Shown here: positions 40,187 through 54,214 of the stretch, piece after piece | Layout of the letters: each line of letters begins with the position of its first letter | How positions within the stretch are numbered: the stretch's first letter is position 1 | Assembly: GCA_963842525.1 (NCBI GenBank) | Contig: CAWJGT010000003.1 | Location: forward strand, 1,696,001-1,760,000 | Length of the DNA stretch: 64,000 bases | Reading direction: 5' to 3' | Source: an uncultured Holophagales bacterium | GTDB taxonomy: Bacteria > Acidobacteriota > Thermoanaerobaculia > Multivoradales > UBA5704 | The notes under the pieces: model-generated | What the model saw: only the letters and a program-made list of their open reading frames with translations | Told to the model about the DNA's origin: nothing | Database searches by the model: none | Position numbers and translations under genes: made by a program

Positions 40187-42712
40187 CTACGGCGCCATCA
40201 ACGGCTCGGTCTCGTTGCGCACGTAGAGCTCCATCAGCTTGAAGACCCGCCGGTATTCGTCGAGCCAGCTCGTGGGCTCCTGGAAGCCGTGGGGCTCGAC
40301 CGGGTAGACGGCGGTCTCGAAGTTCTGTTTCTTCAGCTCGATCAGGCGCTGCACCAGGAGGACGGTGTCCTCGAAATGGACGTTGTCGTCCACCATGCCG
40401 TGGCAGAGCAGCAGCGGCTTGGTCAGGCCCGCCGCGTACTCGATGGGCGAGCTGCGGTGGTAGGCCTCGGGGTCGTCTTCCGGCGTGTTCAGGATGTTCG
40501 CCGTGTATTCGTGGTTGTAGTGCGACCAGTCGGTCACCGGCCGCAGGGCGGCGCCGGCGGCGAACAGGTCCGGCTGGCGGAACAGGGCCATGAGGGCCAT
40601 GAAGCCGCCATAGGAGCCGCCGTAGACGCCGATCCGCTTCGGGTCGACATGGCGGTTCTGGATCAGCCAGGCGACGCCGTCCTCCATGTCCTCCAGCTCC
40701 GGGATGCCCATCTGGCGGTAGATCGCGGTGCGCCAGTCGCGGCCGTAGCCGGCGGAGGCGCGGAAGTCCATGTCGATCACCACATAGCCGTGCTGTGTCA
40801 GGTAGGTGTGGAACAGGAACTCGCGGAAGTAGTGGGACCAGCCGAAGTGGACGTTCTGGAGATAGCCGGCGCCATGCACGAACATCACGGCCGGGTACTT
40901 CTCCCCGCGGGCCGGATCAAAGCCCTCCGGCACATAGATCCGGGACCAGATCGCCGGCACGCCATGGGTGGACGGGACCGGCACGATCTCGGGCATGCTC
41001 CACTCCTGGGCCTGGAACTCGGCGGTCACGGTCTGCGTCAGCCGCCGCGCCTCGGCGCCGGGCCGGTTGTCCTGGACGAACAGCTCGAACGGCCGGGTGA
41101 TCTGCGAGTTGAGGAGCAGGAGGCGGCTCTCGCGGGGAGAGAGCTGGTACTCGGTCAGGCCGCCCAGGCGGGTGAGCTGCTCCTTGCGGCCGGTGGCGAC
41201 CTCGACCCGCCAGACGTCGTACCGGCCCGGGTGCTCGGCGTTCGCCGTGTAATAGAGGAAGCGGCCGTCGTGGTCGAGCACGGGGGCCGAGACCTCGAAC
41301 TTGCCGCTGGTGAGGGCCCGGGCGGGGCGGCCGTCCAGGCCCACCAGGTGGAGCTGGGACCAGCCGCTCTCCTCGGAGAGGAGCCAGAGCGTCGCGTTGT
41401 CCTCGAGCCAGCCCATGTCGTTGTAGTCCCAGTTGATCCAGGCCGGATCGGTCAGCCGGTGGCGGTTGACCAGAGTGCGGTTACCTTCCGGGTCTGCCGG
41501 GGCAGCCGGGTCGAGCGTGGCGAGCCAGCGGTCCTTGTTGTCGTAGGCCCGGAGCTGCAGGGCGAGGTGGCGGCCGTCCCGGCTCCAGGTGACCTGGGTC
41601 AACTGGACCGCACGCTCGGAGCCGCACTTCTTGTCGCACTCGTCCTCGCAGTCCCCCTTGCAGTCCGCGCTTTTCTCGTCCGTCTTATCCTTCTCACCCT
41701 TCCCGGCCGTGCCGTCTGTTTTGTCCTTTTCCTCTTTTGCTTCCTGCTTCTCCCGGATCGCTTTCAGAGGATCGTCCATGATCCCGGGCAGGCCCGCGAG
41801 GTCGATCTCGTGCTTCTGATGAGAATCGAGGTCGAGGAGCCAGATCGTGGGGCTGACCGGCTTGCCGGTCCCCACCTTGGAGCGGACCTCCTTGGGGTTG
41901 ACGTAGCCGCTCTCGGTGATCCACTCCGGCATGACCGTCTTCTTGCCCTCGTCCACCTCCTTGGGCAGGGTGGCGACCAGCATGTGCCGTCCGGTGGGGG
42001 AGAGCGACGTGTGCTCGATCTGCACGTCGTCGCCCAGGTGCCAGGGGAGGGGGGCGCGGGTGGGATCGGCGGCCCGCGCGGCGCGGTCGGCCTCCCGCTC
42101 TTCCTCCTCCTTCCTCTTCTTGTCGCGCAGGATGTCGAAGAGGCGGGACTGCTGCTTGTGCAGGAAATCGTCGTCGTCCTTGTCGGCCGGGTCGTCCTCC
42201 AGCAGGAGCTCGGCGGGCTGCGAGGTCAGGCCCGAGGCGATGTCGTAGACGAAGATCGCGTCGCCCCGCTGGTACCAGATGCGCTTGTCGCCAAAGAGGA
42301 AGGTGGGGTCGGTCTCTTCCGCGTTGGTGCGGGTGATCTGGCGCACCGTGCCGCTCTGCAAGTCCTTGAGGAAGAGGTCCCCCTCGCGCGACCAGATCTT
42401 CCACCGCCGGTCGCGGCTGACCTGGCCGGGGGCGTCGGCCACGCCGCGCTGGGCGAGCGGGACGAGCGTGGGCTCGCCGCCGTCCACGTCCACGCGCCAG
42501 AGGTCGAGCTGCTCCTTGCCCAACTGCTTGCGCTGGTAGTAGGCGGCGCGGTCGTCGTCACCCCAGTAGGGGTCCTCCGGCGGCCGGCTGATCCAATCAG
42601 GGTGGGCCATGATTTGCTCCAGGGTGACCGGAGGAGCGGCGAAGGAGGCGGTGGCAAAGGCGGTCAGGAGGAGAAGGAAGACGACAAGGGTGAGAGGACG
42701 CTGGGTTTGCAT
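40187..42712 (-). CDS. S9 family (DPP IV/acylaminoacyl) peptidase
   Basis: GGSYGG, HGMVDDNV, EPHGF triad; DPPIV-like propeller. Confidence 0.95.
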   Translation of the reverse strand: MQTQRPLTLVVFLLLLTAFATASFAAPPVTLEQIMAHPDWISRPPEDPYWGDDDRAAYYQRKQLGKEQLDLWRVDVDGGEPTLVPLAQRGVADAPGQVSRDRRWKIWSREGDLFLKDLQSGTVRQITRTNAEETDPTFLFGDKRIWYQRGDAIFVYDIASGLTSQPAELLLEDDPADKDDDDFLHKQQSRLFDILRDKKRKEEEEREADRAARAADPTRAPLPWHLGDDVQIEHTSLSPTGRHMLVATLPKEVDEGKKTVMPEWITESGYVNPKEVRSKVGTGKPVSPTIWLLDLDSHQKHEIDLAGLPGIMDDPLKAIREKQEAKEEKDKTDGTAGKGEKDKTDEKSADCKGDCEDECDKKCGSERAVQLTQVTWSRDGRHLALQLRAYDNKDRWLATLDPAAPADPEGNRTLVNRHRLTDPAWINWDYNDMGWLEDNATLWLLSEESGWSQLHLVGLDGRPARALTSGKFEVSAPVLDHDGRFLYYTANAEHPGRYDVWRVEVATGRKEQLTRLGGLTEYQLSPRESRLLLLNSQITRPFELFVQDNRPGAEARRLTQTVTAEFQAQEWSMPEIVPVPSTHGVPAIWSRIYVPEGFDPARGEKYPAVMFVHGAGYLQNVHFGWSHYFREFLFHTYLTQHGYVVIDMDFRASAGYGRDWRTAIYRQMGIPELEDMEDGVAWLIQNRHVDPKRIGVYGGSYGGFMALMALFRQPDLFAAGAALRPVTDWSHYNHEYTANILNTPEDDPEAYHRSSPIEYAAGLTKPLLLCHGMVDDNVHFEDTVLLVQRLIELKKQNFETAVYPVEPHGFQEPTSWLDEYRRVFKLMELYVRNETEPLMAP

Positions 42713-42788
42713 GTCGCGAAGGATAACAAGGCCTGGGGGAGGGAATGACTACCCACCGGGTCTCAAGTGTGTGTAAGATCCTGCGGTC

Positions 42789-43220
42789 ATGGAACCTCTG
42801 GCCTCCATCCCTGACGATGAGAGCGAGGACCACCTGCGCATCCTGGTGGTGGAAGACGACCCCGAGAGCCTCCAGATGATGGGCGCGCTCCTTGCGCTCT
42901 GGGGGCACGAGCCCAACCTGGTCTCCTCCGGGCCTCCTGCTCTGCTGGCCTTCGATCACGAGCTGCCCGACGTGGTCCTGCTGGACCTGGGGCTCCCCGG
43001 CATGGACGGCTTCGAGGTGGCGCGCAAGATCCGCAGCCGTCCGCGCGGCGGCAGCTCGGTCCTGATCGTCGCGGTCACTGCCTACCGCGGCGAAGAGCAC
43101 CAGCGCCAGGCGCGCGAGGCCGGCTTCGACAAATACCTCATGAAGCCGGTCGACATCGACACCCTGCGCCAGGTTCTCGCCCAAGCCCCCCGCCGCCCCT
43201 CCGGCCCCCAGCCGGTGTGA
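42789..43220 (+). CDS. Single-domain response regulator
   Basis: ILVVEDD, LLDLGLPGMDG, VTA, KP. Confidence 0.95.
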   Translation: MEPLASIPDDESEDHLRILVVEDDPESLQMMGALLALWGHEPNLVSSGPPALLAFDHELPDVVLLDLGLPGMDGFEVARKIRSRPRGGSSVLIVAVTAYRGEEHQRQAREAGFDKYLMKPVDIDTLRQVLAQAPRRPSGPQPV

Positions 43221-43287
43221 CCTCACCCCCTGTCCCCCTCTCCCGGGGGAAGGGAGGGCGATGGGAGAGGGGGACAGGGGGTGAGGT
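43220..43287. repeat. CCCTCTCCC/GGGAGAGGG palindromic element (short form)
   Basis: ACCTCACCCCCTGTCCCCCTCTCCC inverted repeat. Confidence 0.75.
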
Positions 43288-43360
43288 TCCCTGCACGCCC
43301 TTTGCACAGTCTTCTATGATCGCGGTGCAACGCGGGGTGCCAGGAAGGGGGAAAGGCCGG

Positions 43361-44239
43361 ATGCCGACCGACGAGGGAGACAAGAGCGAGCGCGACCTCC
43401 TGGACGAGAGCCTCGGGCTCTTCGTCGAGCTCCGCCCGGGCAAACACCTGGGCGACATCGAGACGCCGGCTTCGGCTGTCGAAGAGGCGGACTATCCCCG
43501 GTTCCGGCGCCTGACCTTCTTCGGGGTGCTCGGCGGGCTCTGTCCGCTCATCCCGGTGCCCATCCTGGACGATTGGGCCCGGGAGAGGATCTACCGGCGG
43601 ATGGTGCACGACCTGGGGGAGAGCCGGGACCTCGCATTCACCGGGAACGAGGTGCGCATCCTGGCCGGCGCCGGCGAAAAGAGGCTGTGGCCCGGCTTCC
43701 TCAAGGCGGGCGCCCGGGTGGCCCGCGACGCGATGGGCAAGATCGTCCGCAAGCTCTTCAAGACCGCCTTCTACGTCCTGCTCGTCCGGGAAGGGGTCCA
43801 CCGCGCTGTCGAGACCTTCATCGAAGGATACCTCCTCCTGTACGCCGCCAGTCTGCCGCAGGGGCTGCGGCCGGCCGGCCGCACCGAGGAACGCGTCCGC
43901 CGGGTGCGGGCCGCGGTGGTCGCCACCATGCAGGAGGCGGACGTGACGCCGATCCGCAATGCCATCGGGCGGGCCTTCCGCCGCAGCTTCAGCCTGCTGG
44001 GCGAGGCCGCGCTCGTCCTCGGCCGTCAGCTCGGCCGGCTCCGCTCGGCCCCGGCGGCGAGCCAGGACCAGGAGATGGCCGGGGCCTCTCTGGAGGATGA
44101 AGAGGAGATCCTCGGCGGCTTCGTCGACCGCCTCGCCGCCTCGCTCTGGGGAAATCACGAGTACTTCGAGGGCCTGGAAAAGGCCTTCGAGGAGCGGCTC
44201 GCCCGCATGGAAAACCGCGTGGAGGAGAGACGCGCCTGA
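43361..44239 (+). CDS. Hypothetical protein
   Basis: Host-like codon usage; GLCPLIPVPILDD hydrophobic motif. Confidence 0.75.
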   Translation: MPTDEGDKSERDLLDESLGLFVELRPGKHLGDIETPASAVEEADYPRFRRLTFFGVLGGLCPLIPVPILDDWARERIYRRMVHDLGESRDLAFTGNEVRILAGAGEKRLWPGFLKAGARVARDAMGKIVRKLFKTAFYVLLVREGVHRAVETFIEGYLLLYAASLPQGLRPAGRTEERVRRVRAAVVATMQEADVTPIRNAIGRAFRRSFSLLGEAALVLGRQLGRLRSAPAASQDQEMAGASLEDEEEILGGFVDRLAASLWGNHEYFEGLEKAFEERLARMENRVEERRA

Positions 44240-44630
44240 ACGCATCCAGAGTCACCTGGAATCGATTCAGGGTCACGCGGAATCGATTCAGAAAATTTGG
44301 AACCGATCCAGAAAATTTGGAACGCATCCCGAGTCACCCGGAATCGATCCAGAAAATTTGGAACGCGTCCCGAGTTTTCTGGAATCGATTCAGGGTCACG
44401 TGGAACCGATTCAGAAAATTTGGAATCGATCCAGAAAATTTGGAACGCGTCCCGGGTTTTCTGGAATCGATTCAGCCCAACCACAAAAAAAAAAGAGCGT
44501 CCCGAATTTTGGAATCGATTCAGGGTCACGCGGAACCGATTCAGAAAATTTGGAATCGATCCAGAAAATTTGGAACGCGTCGCGAGTTTCTTGAAATCGA
44601 TACAGCGTCATGCTGAATCGATTCAGAGTC
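44240..44630. repeat. 20/21-bp minisatellite (GGAAYCGATYCAG core)
   Basis: About 18 units with AAATTT, GTCACNN or GTTTTCT tails. Confidence 0.9.
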
Positions 44631-44682
44631 GTCTGAAGCCAACACAGGATCACGGGCGCAGGTTCCCGGATAGAATCCGCCC

Positions 44683-45267
44683 ATGCCTCCCCTTCCCGAC
44701 GACCTCCAGCGCATTCTGGACGACCTCGACGTCAATCTGCAACGGGCCGAGGCGGTGGTGCAGGACCTTGACGACGAGCGTCTCAACTGGCGGCCGGCTC
44801 CCACGTCCTGGAGCATCGCGCAGTGCCTGGACCACCTCAATGTGGCGAACCGGACCTATCTGGCGCCCATGCGCGAGGCGATCGAGAAGGCCCGGCGGCA
44901 GGGGAAGAGCCGGCGGGGCTCGATCCGGCAGGGCTTCGTCGAGCGCTGGTTCACCGAGAGCCTCGAGCCGCCGCCGCGCTTCAGGCTCCCGGCGCCGCGG
45001 AAGATCGTCCCCGCCGCCGTCCGCCTCGGCAAGGACGACATCGTGTCCGAATTCCGCCGCCTCCAAGCCGAGGCCGCGGCACTCCTGCGCGACTCGGCCG
45101 GGCTCGACCTCGGCGTCCGCTTCCCGAACCCGTTCATCCCCCTGATCGCCTTCACCGCCGGCACCGGCTTCCTGGTCATCGCCAGCCACGAGCGGCGGCA
45201 CCTCTGGCAGGCCAAGCAGGTGCGGAGGAACCCCGGGTTTCCGGGAGCGAGCGGCGGGCATTCGTGA
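44683..45267 (+). CDS. DinB family protein
   Basis: LNWRP...WSIAQCLDHL ... HERRHLWQ. Confidence 0.9.
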   Translation: MPPLPDDLQRILDDLDVNLQRAEAVVQDLDDERLNWRPAPTSWSIAQCLDHLNVANRTYLAPMREAIEKARRQGKSRRGSIRQGFVERWFTESLEPPPRFRLPAPRKIVPAAVRLGKDDIVSEFRRLQAEAAALLRDSAGLDLGVRFPNPFIPLIAFTAGTGFLVIASHERRHLWQAKQVRRNPGFPGASGGHS

Positions 45268-45274
45268 CCTCACG

Positions 45275-45770
45275 CAGCTCCAGTGTCCCGGTACGTTGCT
45301 TCATTGCCCCGGGGCAACGTGCCAGCGCCCCGGAGCAATGAGCCAGCGCAACTTCCGCGGCCCCAGTGCCCCGGTACGCCGCTCCATTGCCCCGGGGCAA
45401 TGATCCAGCGCCCCGGGACAACGTGCCAGCGCAATTTCCGCAGCTCCAGCGTCCTGGTACAGTGTTCCATTGCCCTGGGGCAGTGTTCCGGCGCCCCGGG
45501 ACAACGTGCCAGCGCAACTTCCGCAGCTCCAGCGTCCCGGTACGCTGCTCCATTGCCCCGGGGCAACGTGCCAGCGTCCCGGGGCAACGTGTCAGTGCAA
45601 CTTCCGCAGCCCCAGCGCCCCGGTACACTGCTCCATTGCCCCGGGGCAATGTTCCAGCGCCCCAGGGCAACGTGCCAGCGCAACTTCCGCAGCCCCAGTG
45701 CCCCGGTACACTGCTCCATTGCCCCGGGGCAACGTGCCAGCGCAACTTCCGCAGCTCCAGCGTCCCGCCC
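45275..45770. repeat. 20/21-bp minisatellite with ~62/83-bp higher-order period
   Basis: Units CCAGCGCAACTTCCGCAGCY, CCAGYGYCCCGGTACRCTGCT, CCATTGCCCCGGGGCAACGTG. Confidence 0.9.
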
Positions 45771-45790
45771 AGGTGTTTGCCGGCATCGAG

Positions 45791-49385
<3,595 letters not shown>

Positions 49386-49394
49386 CTCCACGAT

Positions 49395-49685
49395 TCAGAC
49401 GAGCAGGGGCTCGTCGAGGTCCGGCACGGCCTTCGTTCCATAGTGTTCGATCTTACCCTTCCAGCTCGATCCGAGATAGTAGACCCGCAGGCTGTCTTCC
49501 TTGTCGTTGATGATCCCCAGCAGGAGCAGCCGGAGCTGCGTCCATTGGGTTGGATCGACGATGCATTCGAAGACCGAGTTCTGGACGCGCTGGCCGAAAT
49601 CCAGGCAGGTCTTGGCGACCCGGCGCAGGCGCTTGCGCCCAGCCGGGGTCTTGGTGGAGACGTCGTAGCTGACGAGGACCATCAT
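49395..49685 (-). CDS. cas2: Cas2
   Basis: VLVSYDV...[20 protein letters not shown]. Confidence 0.97.
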   Translation of the reverse strand: MMVLVSYDVSTKTPAGRKRLRRVAKTCLDFGQRVQNSVFECIVDPTQWTQLRLLLLGIINDKEDSLRVYYLGSSWKGKIEHYGTKAVPDLDEPLLV

Positions 49686-49712
49686 GAGAGCTGGCGCGAA
49701 GCTGCCGGAGGT

Positions 49713-50744
49713 TCATTTCCAGAAGAACGGCGGATAACCATCGAGATCTCCACGTAGGTGACGGGCAAGGAGGCATGCCTGGAGCCAGGGGATGAGGCCG
49801 ACTGTGGTTTTCTCGCCAAGGAACGGATGGACGATCTCTTCCTGCTTCCTCTTTTGATATGCCACGAGCACGGTCTTGCGGGTGTCCTTGTCCATGACCA
49901 CGCCGCCTGATTCTTCCTGCGAGAAGCCCGCCGCCCGGACCTGTTGCAGGTTGATGAGCGAGAGAGCGAGCCGGTCGGCAAGGAAGGTACGTAGGTCTTC
50001 CATGAGGTCGAGGGCGAGGCTTGCGCGCCCGGGCCGGTCGCGGTGCAGGAATCCGACGGCAGGGTCCAGGCCCACGGACTCCAGGGCTGCCTCGAGATCG
50101 TGGCGGAGAAGGGTATAGAGAAATCCAAGGAGGGAATTGACGTTGTCGAGGGGCGGCCTGCGGCTGCGCTCGCGAAAGAAAAAGCCCTCCTTCTGTTGCG
50201 TGATGAGATGGTCGAAAACCCCGAAGTAGGCACGGGCGGCAGCGCCTTCGATCCCGCGCAGAGCATCCAAGGGGACGCCTTCCTGGAGGCTGGAGAGGTG
50301 CTGGGAGAGAGCCACCGAGGCGGCTCGCAATGCCTCGCTTCCGGCGGATTCGGGCCGGTCCCGCAGAGCGCGCAGGATCACCGTCCGGCTATTGGCGATC
50401 TTCGCGGTAATGACGGTCCGGGCGAAGGCGGCAGAGGCGATGTCGTCGTCTGCCCGGCGGTACTGTTCGCGTCGCAGCAGGACGTTGCCCGAGACCGGGC
50501 CTTCGACCCGTGCCAGGAAACGGCCGTTCTCTGTGAGGAAGGAGACTGCGACGCCGCGTTCACCGCAGAAGCCCAGGAGGAATGGGCTGGCGCTGACCTG
50601 GCCGAAGCAGACGATGCTCCCGAGGGTATGGATGGGGACATGGAGCCGCGTTTCTTTTTCGATCCGCACGGCGACGGCCTCGCCGTCCTTGGCGAGGTAG
50701 GCGCCCTGGGTGGTGACATATAAAGTGTTCTGATGGCGTCTCAT
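49713..50744 (-). CDS. cas1: Cas1 (type I-C)
   Basis: NTLYVTTQGAYL, LRGIEG.AA..YF, RRPPLD.VN, SLALDLME. Confidence 0.97.
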   Translation of the reverse strand: MRRHQNTLYVTTQGAYLAKDGEAVAVRIEKETRLHVPIHTLGSIVCFGQVSASPFLLGFCGERGVAVSFLTENGRFLARVEGPVSGNVLLRREQYRRADDDIASAAFARTVITAKIANSRTVILRALRDRPESAGSEALRAASVALSQHLSSLQEGVPLDALRGIEGAAARAYFGVFDHLITQQKEGFFFRERSRRPPLDNVNSLLGFLYTLLRHDLEAALESVGLDPAVGFLHRDRPGRASLALDLMEDLRTFLADRLALSLINLQQVRAAGFSQEESGGVVMDKDTRKTVLVAYQKRKQEEIVHPFLGEKTTVGLIPWLQACLLARHLRGDLDGYPPFFWK

Positions 50745-51427
50745 GACGTTCCGTCTGCCTCCGATTGGAGAGCCATCTGCAGGGCTCGATCGAAATAGCG
50801 CAGCGCCGAGCCCTTGGGAGCGCCCGGCATGCAGACTTCGAGAAGGGAGCAGCGGTCGCACTTGGGCTCGCGAACGGGCTTGGGAGTCATGCCGGAGGCG
50901 ATCATTTGATGCAGGCGCACCGCCGTCTCTTCGGTCAGGCGCCGCAGCTCGGCGTCAAAGGTGATGTCTGTCCGGTGGCGGGTCTGTCCGTAGAAGAGGG
51001 CACCTGCCGGCACAGCGCTGCCGAGCATCTCCTCCAGGCAGAGACCCTGGGCACAGAGCTGGACTTCGTCGGCGCGGTGGCTCTTGGGCTTGCCCCGTTT
51101 GTATTCCACGGGAAAAGGTTGCCACGAGCCGGCCACGCCCGGCAGGGAAGCTCCCGGCGCGCCATCCGGCACGCGATGGAATTCGACCACGTCCGCCCGG
51201 CCGGAAAGCCCGAGGCGCAAACTGCGCAGTGGCAACCCGCGGGCGATCCGCAAATCACCGCGGGACTCCCTGAATCCGCTGTCCGCCTGCTCATGAAGAT
51301 GCCGGCCTTCGACCGTCAAAGGGTTTTCCACCCAGATCTGCTCCAGATGGATCAGCGCACACTGCCGTTCACAGAACAGCAGGTGTTGCAGCGCGGAGAC
51401 CGGGAGGAGGTCGTCTTCGGGGAACAT
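50741..51427 (-). CDS. cas4: Cas4
   Basis: LQHLLFCERQ, G.ADVVEF, PVEYKRG, QLCAQ..CLEEM, C..CSL..C. Confidence 0.96.
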   Translation of the reverse strand: MFPEDDLLPVSALQHLLFCERQCALIHLEQIWVENPLTVEGRHLHEQADSGFRESRGDLRIARGLPLRSLRLGLSGRADVVEFHRVPDGAPGASLPGVAGSWQPFPVEYKRGKPKSHRADEVQLCAQGLCLEEMLGSAVPAGALFYGQTRHRTDITFDAELRRLTEETAVRLHQMIASGMTPKPVREPKCDRCSLLEVCMPGAPKGSALRYFDRALQMALQSEADGTS

Positions 51428-51437
51428 GGGGTTATCC

Positions 51438-52361
51438 CTACAACTTTTCGTGCAGGGTCACTCCTGGCGGCAGTCCTTCCCGGTTGATCTGCACGTCGTA
51501 ATCGTCATAGACCCGTGCGGGCCTGGAGGAATCCTTCCTCGTGGCCGTGATGCGAGAGAAGAGTGCGTGGGCTGGCGCATTGCCCAGGAGGCTCTGGTGC
51601 TCGAACACGATCAGTTTGCGGGTTGCCATCTCGCCGCGGGTGGCGGAACGGTCGTGCTCGAACATGTTGAGGAGGGCCTGCCAGACGAGCTCGAGGTCTT
51701 CTTCCGTGAAGCCTGTATCGGCGGCGAGATGGGGTGATACGAATCCGTGGCCGCGGTAGAGCGCATAGGGTACGATCTCCTTCCGGCCCATGGTGCCGAC
51801 AACCTGGCCACTCTTTTCGATCTGGCTGTCCGCCTCACGCTGGGTTGCGACAGCCTTGCGAGTGATCGACTGCTCGAGAGTGGCGATGGGATCGACCGAG
51901 CGTGAAAAGGTGACCTGGACCGGCCCGCGGACCTGGCCGCAGTTGATGTCGAGAGTGAGAACTGCGCCGAAGGTGCGGATGTCAAAGTAGGTCTGGCACA
52001 TCCAGGCGCGGGCCTTCTCGACGTTGGACTGCCGCGTTTCCTTGGATTTTTCGTCGACGACGAGACCTTGGACCTCATAGGCCTGACGGTGGAGCTGTTC
52101 CAGGACGCCGTGCTGCTTGACGTAGATGTCGTAGCCAGGTGCTGGAGCACTGCCCTGGAGATCGGATTTCGCCAAGGTGATGAAGTTGCGGATCTTGCGC
52201 TTCAAGGAAACGTCGCTGATCAGCCCATGGCCGGTTTCTGGGTCGACGCGAGGCGCGTTGCCGGCATCGGGGTCGCCGTTGGGGTTGCCATTGGTCACGT
52301 CGAAGAGCAGGACGAAATCGTAACGATGGGCAATGGTAGGGATGGCGGTCGCGGTCGTCAT
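51438..52361 (-). CDS. cas7: Cas7 (Csd2, type I-C)
   Basis: NGNPNGDPDAGN.PR, FDIRTFGAV, GQVRGPVQ, MFEHDRSA. Confidence 0.97.
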   Translation of the reverse strand: MTTATAIPTIAHRYDFVLLFDVTNGNPNGDPDAGNAPRVDPETGHGLISDVSLKRKIRNFITLAKSDLQGSAPAPGYDIYVKQHGVLEQLHRQAYEVQGLVVDEKSKETRQSNVEKARAWMCQTYFDIRTFGAVLTLDINCGQVRGPVQVTFSRSVDPIATLEQSITRKAVATQREADSQIEKSGQVVGTMGRKEIVPYALYRGHGFVSPHLAADTGFTEEDLELVWQALLNMFEHDRSATRGEMATRKLIVFEHQSLLGNAPAHALFSRITATRKDSSRPARVYDDYDVQINREGLPPGVTLHEKL

Positions 52362-54214
52362 TGCGCGTTCTCCTGTTCGGCGCTCTGGGCGCGCCGAGCG
52401 CGTTCTTCATGGGGCAAAAAGAGCTCGTGACGCTGATGGTGGTACCCGAGCACAAAAAGGCCCTGCTGTTCGAGCGGCAGGAACGGTGGGAACGAGGTGA
52501 TCGCTTCCAGAATGGAATCGGCATCTCGTTCGAGGTCATGGGCACGCCGTGGCCTCTCGCCGTCCTTGGCCTTGCGGGCATGATGGCGAAAATTCTTGAG
52601 AAGCCTGGGGAAGACTGCCGCAGGAGTGGCGGACGCCGAGCTGAAAAAGCGATCCACGACGTTCGCATTGATGTCTTTGCCCAGGGCTTCTTCCTGCATG
52701 CGTTCGAGGACGGCCATGAGCCGGCCGAGGCGATAGCCGGTTTCGGTGTTGTTCGGATCCATGGCTTCGGTGACCTCCGGGTAAAGGGCTGCGGCCTGGC
52801 GGCTGCGGCGGCGGTTGAGGACGGCCTTGATCAAGGCGGCGCGAGCGTCGTTGCGTTCCCGGTCGCTCCACTCGGTGCGGCCGATCTCAGCGCGGGAACG
52901 CTCGAGGGCACGCTGAAGAACGGCGAAAGGATATGGCGTGCCGCCGAGCGCGGCAGCCACCACCTGCCCGGCCAGGGCGGCAGGCACTCCTTTATCGTCT
53001 CCCCTCGGTGCGAGAGAGCGCATCAGGACCCGGAAAGGAAGGGCCGGAGGAGGCTCCTTTCCTTTTACAGCCGGTGTGTTGCGGACGATGGCGAGGTCTT
53101 TGAAGTGCTTTGCGAGATGGTTTGCCACCCGTTGAACCGTCGACTCGAACCAATCGCGAAGGATGGCGCGGCCTTGAGAGCCAGAAAGGGTAAGAGCATA
53201 GAAAAGCGATGCGTCTTCAATTTCGAAAGGCTTGCCTCGCCACAGGGAACGATAGAGCTCACGCACCTGCTCAGGATTGGCTTCCAGAAGGCCGGCGAGC
53301 TGCGAGGCCAGGCCGTCGCCGGCGGGATTGGAAGCCCAGAAACAGACGGCGGTGTCCGCGCTCAAGCGCAGGAAACGCTGCGGTAAAGTCTGGCCCGGCT
53401 GGCGGGGATCCGGGAATGCGGGATGCAGCAGGCGGTTCAAGGCGGTCGAGCAGGCCTCGGCCGCCTCCCGTGAGATCGGCGCATTCTCGTTTCCGGACCA
53501 GCCGTAGGACTCGAAGGCGCTGCTGTTGAAGGAGACCAGGGCCACTCCGCTGGTGCTTCCTCCAGGCACGTTCTTGACACCTGGAAGCTTGTCGACCGGC
53601 AGGGCCGGACGCCCTGAAACGAGGCAGATCTGCCGTTCGCCTTCAGCCTCTTCCGCCGCCGCGCGCTGGCGGCGCCAGTATTCCCGGACTCTCGGGCGGG
53701 ACGTCACCAGGCAGTCGAGATCCTTGTGGTAGACAAATCCGAAAAGATCGTTGCTCACACAACCCTGCGGCAGGGCAACGACGATCTCTCCTTGCTGGAG
53801 CCTGGCCAGAAGGGCACAGACAGCGCCGGTGCCTTCGTCGCCGGTCGCGGCGAAACAGTCCTCGGCGCGGTCACGGAAGAGGGCGAGACGGGAGGCCAGC
53901 TTCTCGGCTGGCCGCTGCTTGGCGGGATCGGGTTCCGGATCGATGCCGAGGGCGTATTCGGCTTTGTCGTAAAGAAAGAAGGCACGGTCGCCACTCGTGC
54001 GCCCCGGCTCGCGGGGGACTGCGAAGCTCTTCGGACGGGGCTTCGGCTTCTTTTTCTTTTCCTCGGAGGTATCAATCGTGTGAGTGCCTTGGATGCCGAG
54101 CAGCGCACCACCGTCCCCTACGGTGATCAGCCAGGCCAGCGGCTTCCACTCATAGTCGGGATCTTCGACGAGGTGCTCGGTTTGAGCGAGTTCGTAGAGC
54201 GCCTGGAGGATCAA
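52358..54214 (-). CDS. cas8c: Cas8c (Csd1)
   Basis: ILQALYE start (TTG overlapping cas5 stop), CLVSG, LVSFN..AFESYG, GYRLGRL.AVLE..Q, F.LGYHHQ. Confidence 0.95.
   Translation of the reverse strand: MILQALYELAQTEHLVEDPDYEWKPLAWLITVGDGGALLGIQGTHTIDTSEEKKKKPKPRPKSFAVPREPGRTSGDRAFFLYDKAEYALGIDPEPDPAKQRPAEKLASRLALFRDRAEDCFAATGDEGTGAVCALLARLQQGEIVVALPQGCVSNDLFGFVYHKDLDCLVTSRPRVREYWRRQRAAAEEAEGERQICLVSGRPALPVDKLPGVKNVPGGSTSGVALVSFNSSAFESYGWSGNENAPISREAAEACSTALNRLLHPAFPDPRQPGQTLPQRFLRLSADTAVCFWASNPAGDGLASQLAGLLEANPEQVRELYRSLWRGKPFEIEDASLFYALTLSGSQGRAILRDWFESTVQRVANHLAKHFKDLAIVRNTPAVKGKEPPPALPFRVLMRSLAPRGDDKGVPAALAGQVVAAALGGTPYPFAVLQRALERSRAEIGRTEWSDRERNDARAALIKAVLNRRRSRQAAALYPEVTEAMDPNNTETGYRLGRLMAVLERMQEEALGKDINANVVDRFFSSASATPAAVFPRLLKNFRHHARKAKDGERPRRAHDLERDADSILEAITSFPPFLPLEQQGLFVLGYHHQRHELFLPHEERARRAQSAEQENAQ

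Noticed and set aside
35838-42748. Long plus-strand ORFs (1385 aa, 900 aa) and similar antisense ORFs elsewhere
   Set aside because: Shadows of real high-GC genes on the opposite strand
44240-44630. Second CRISPR array or iteron origin
   Set aside because: No unique spacers and no rep gene; units are recurring variants
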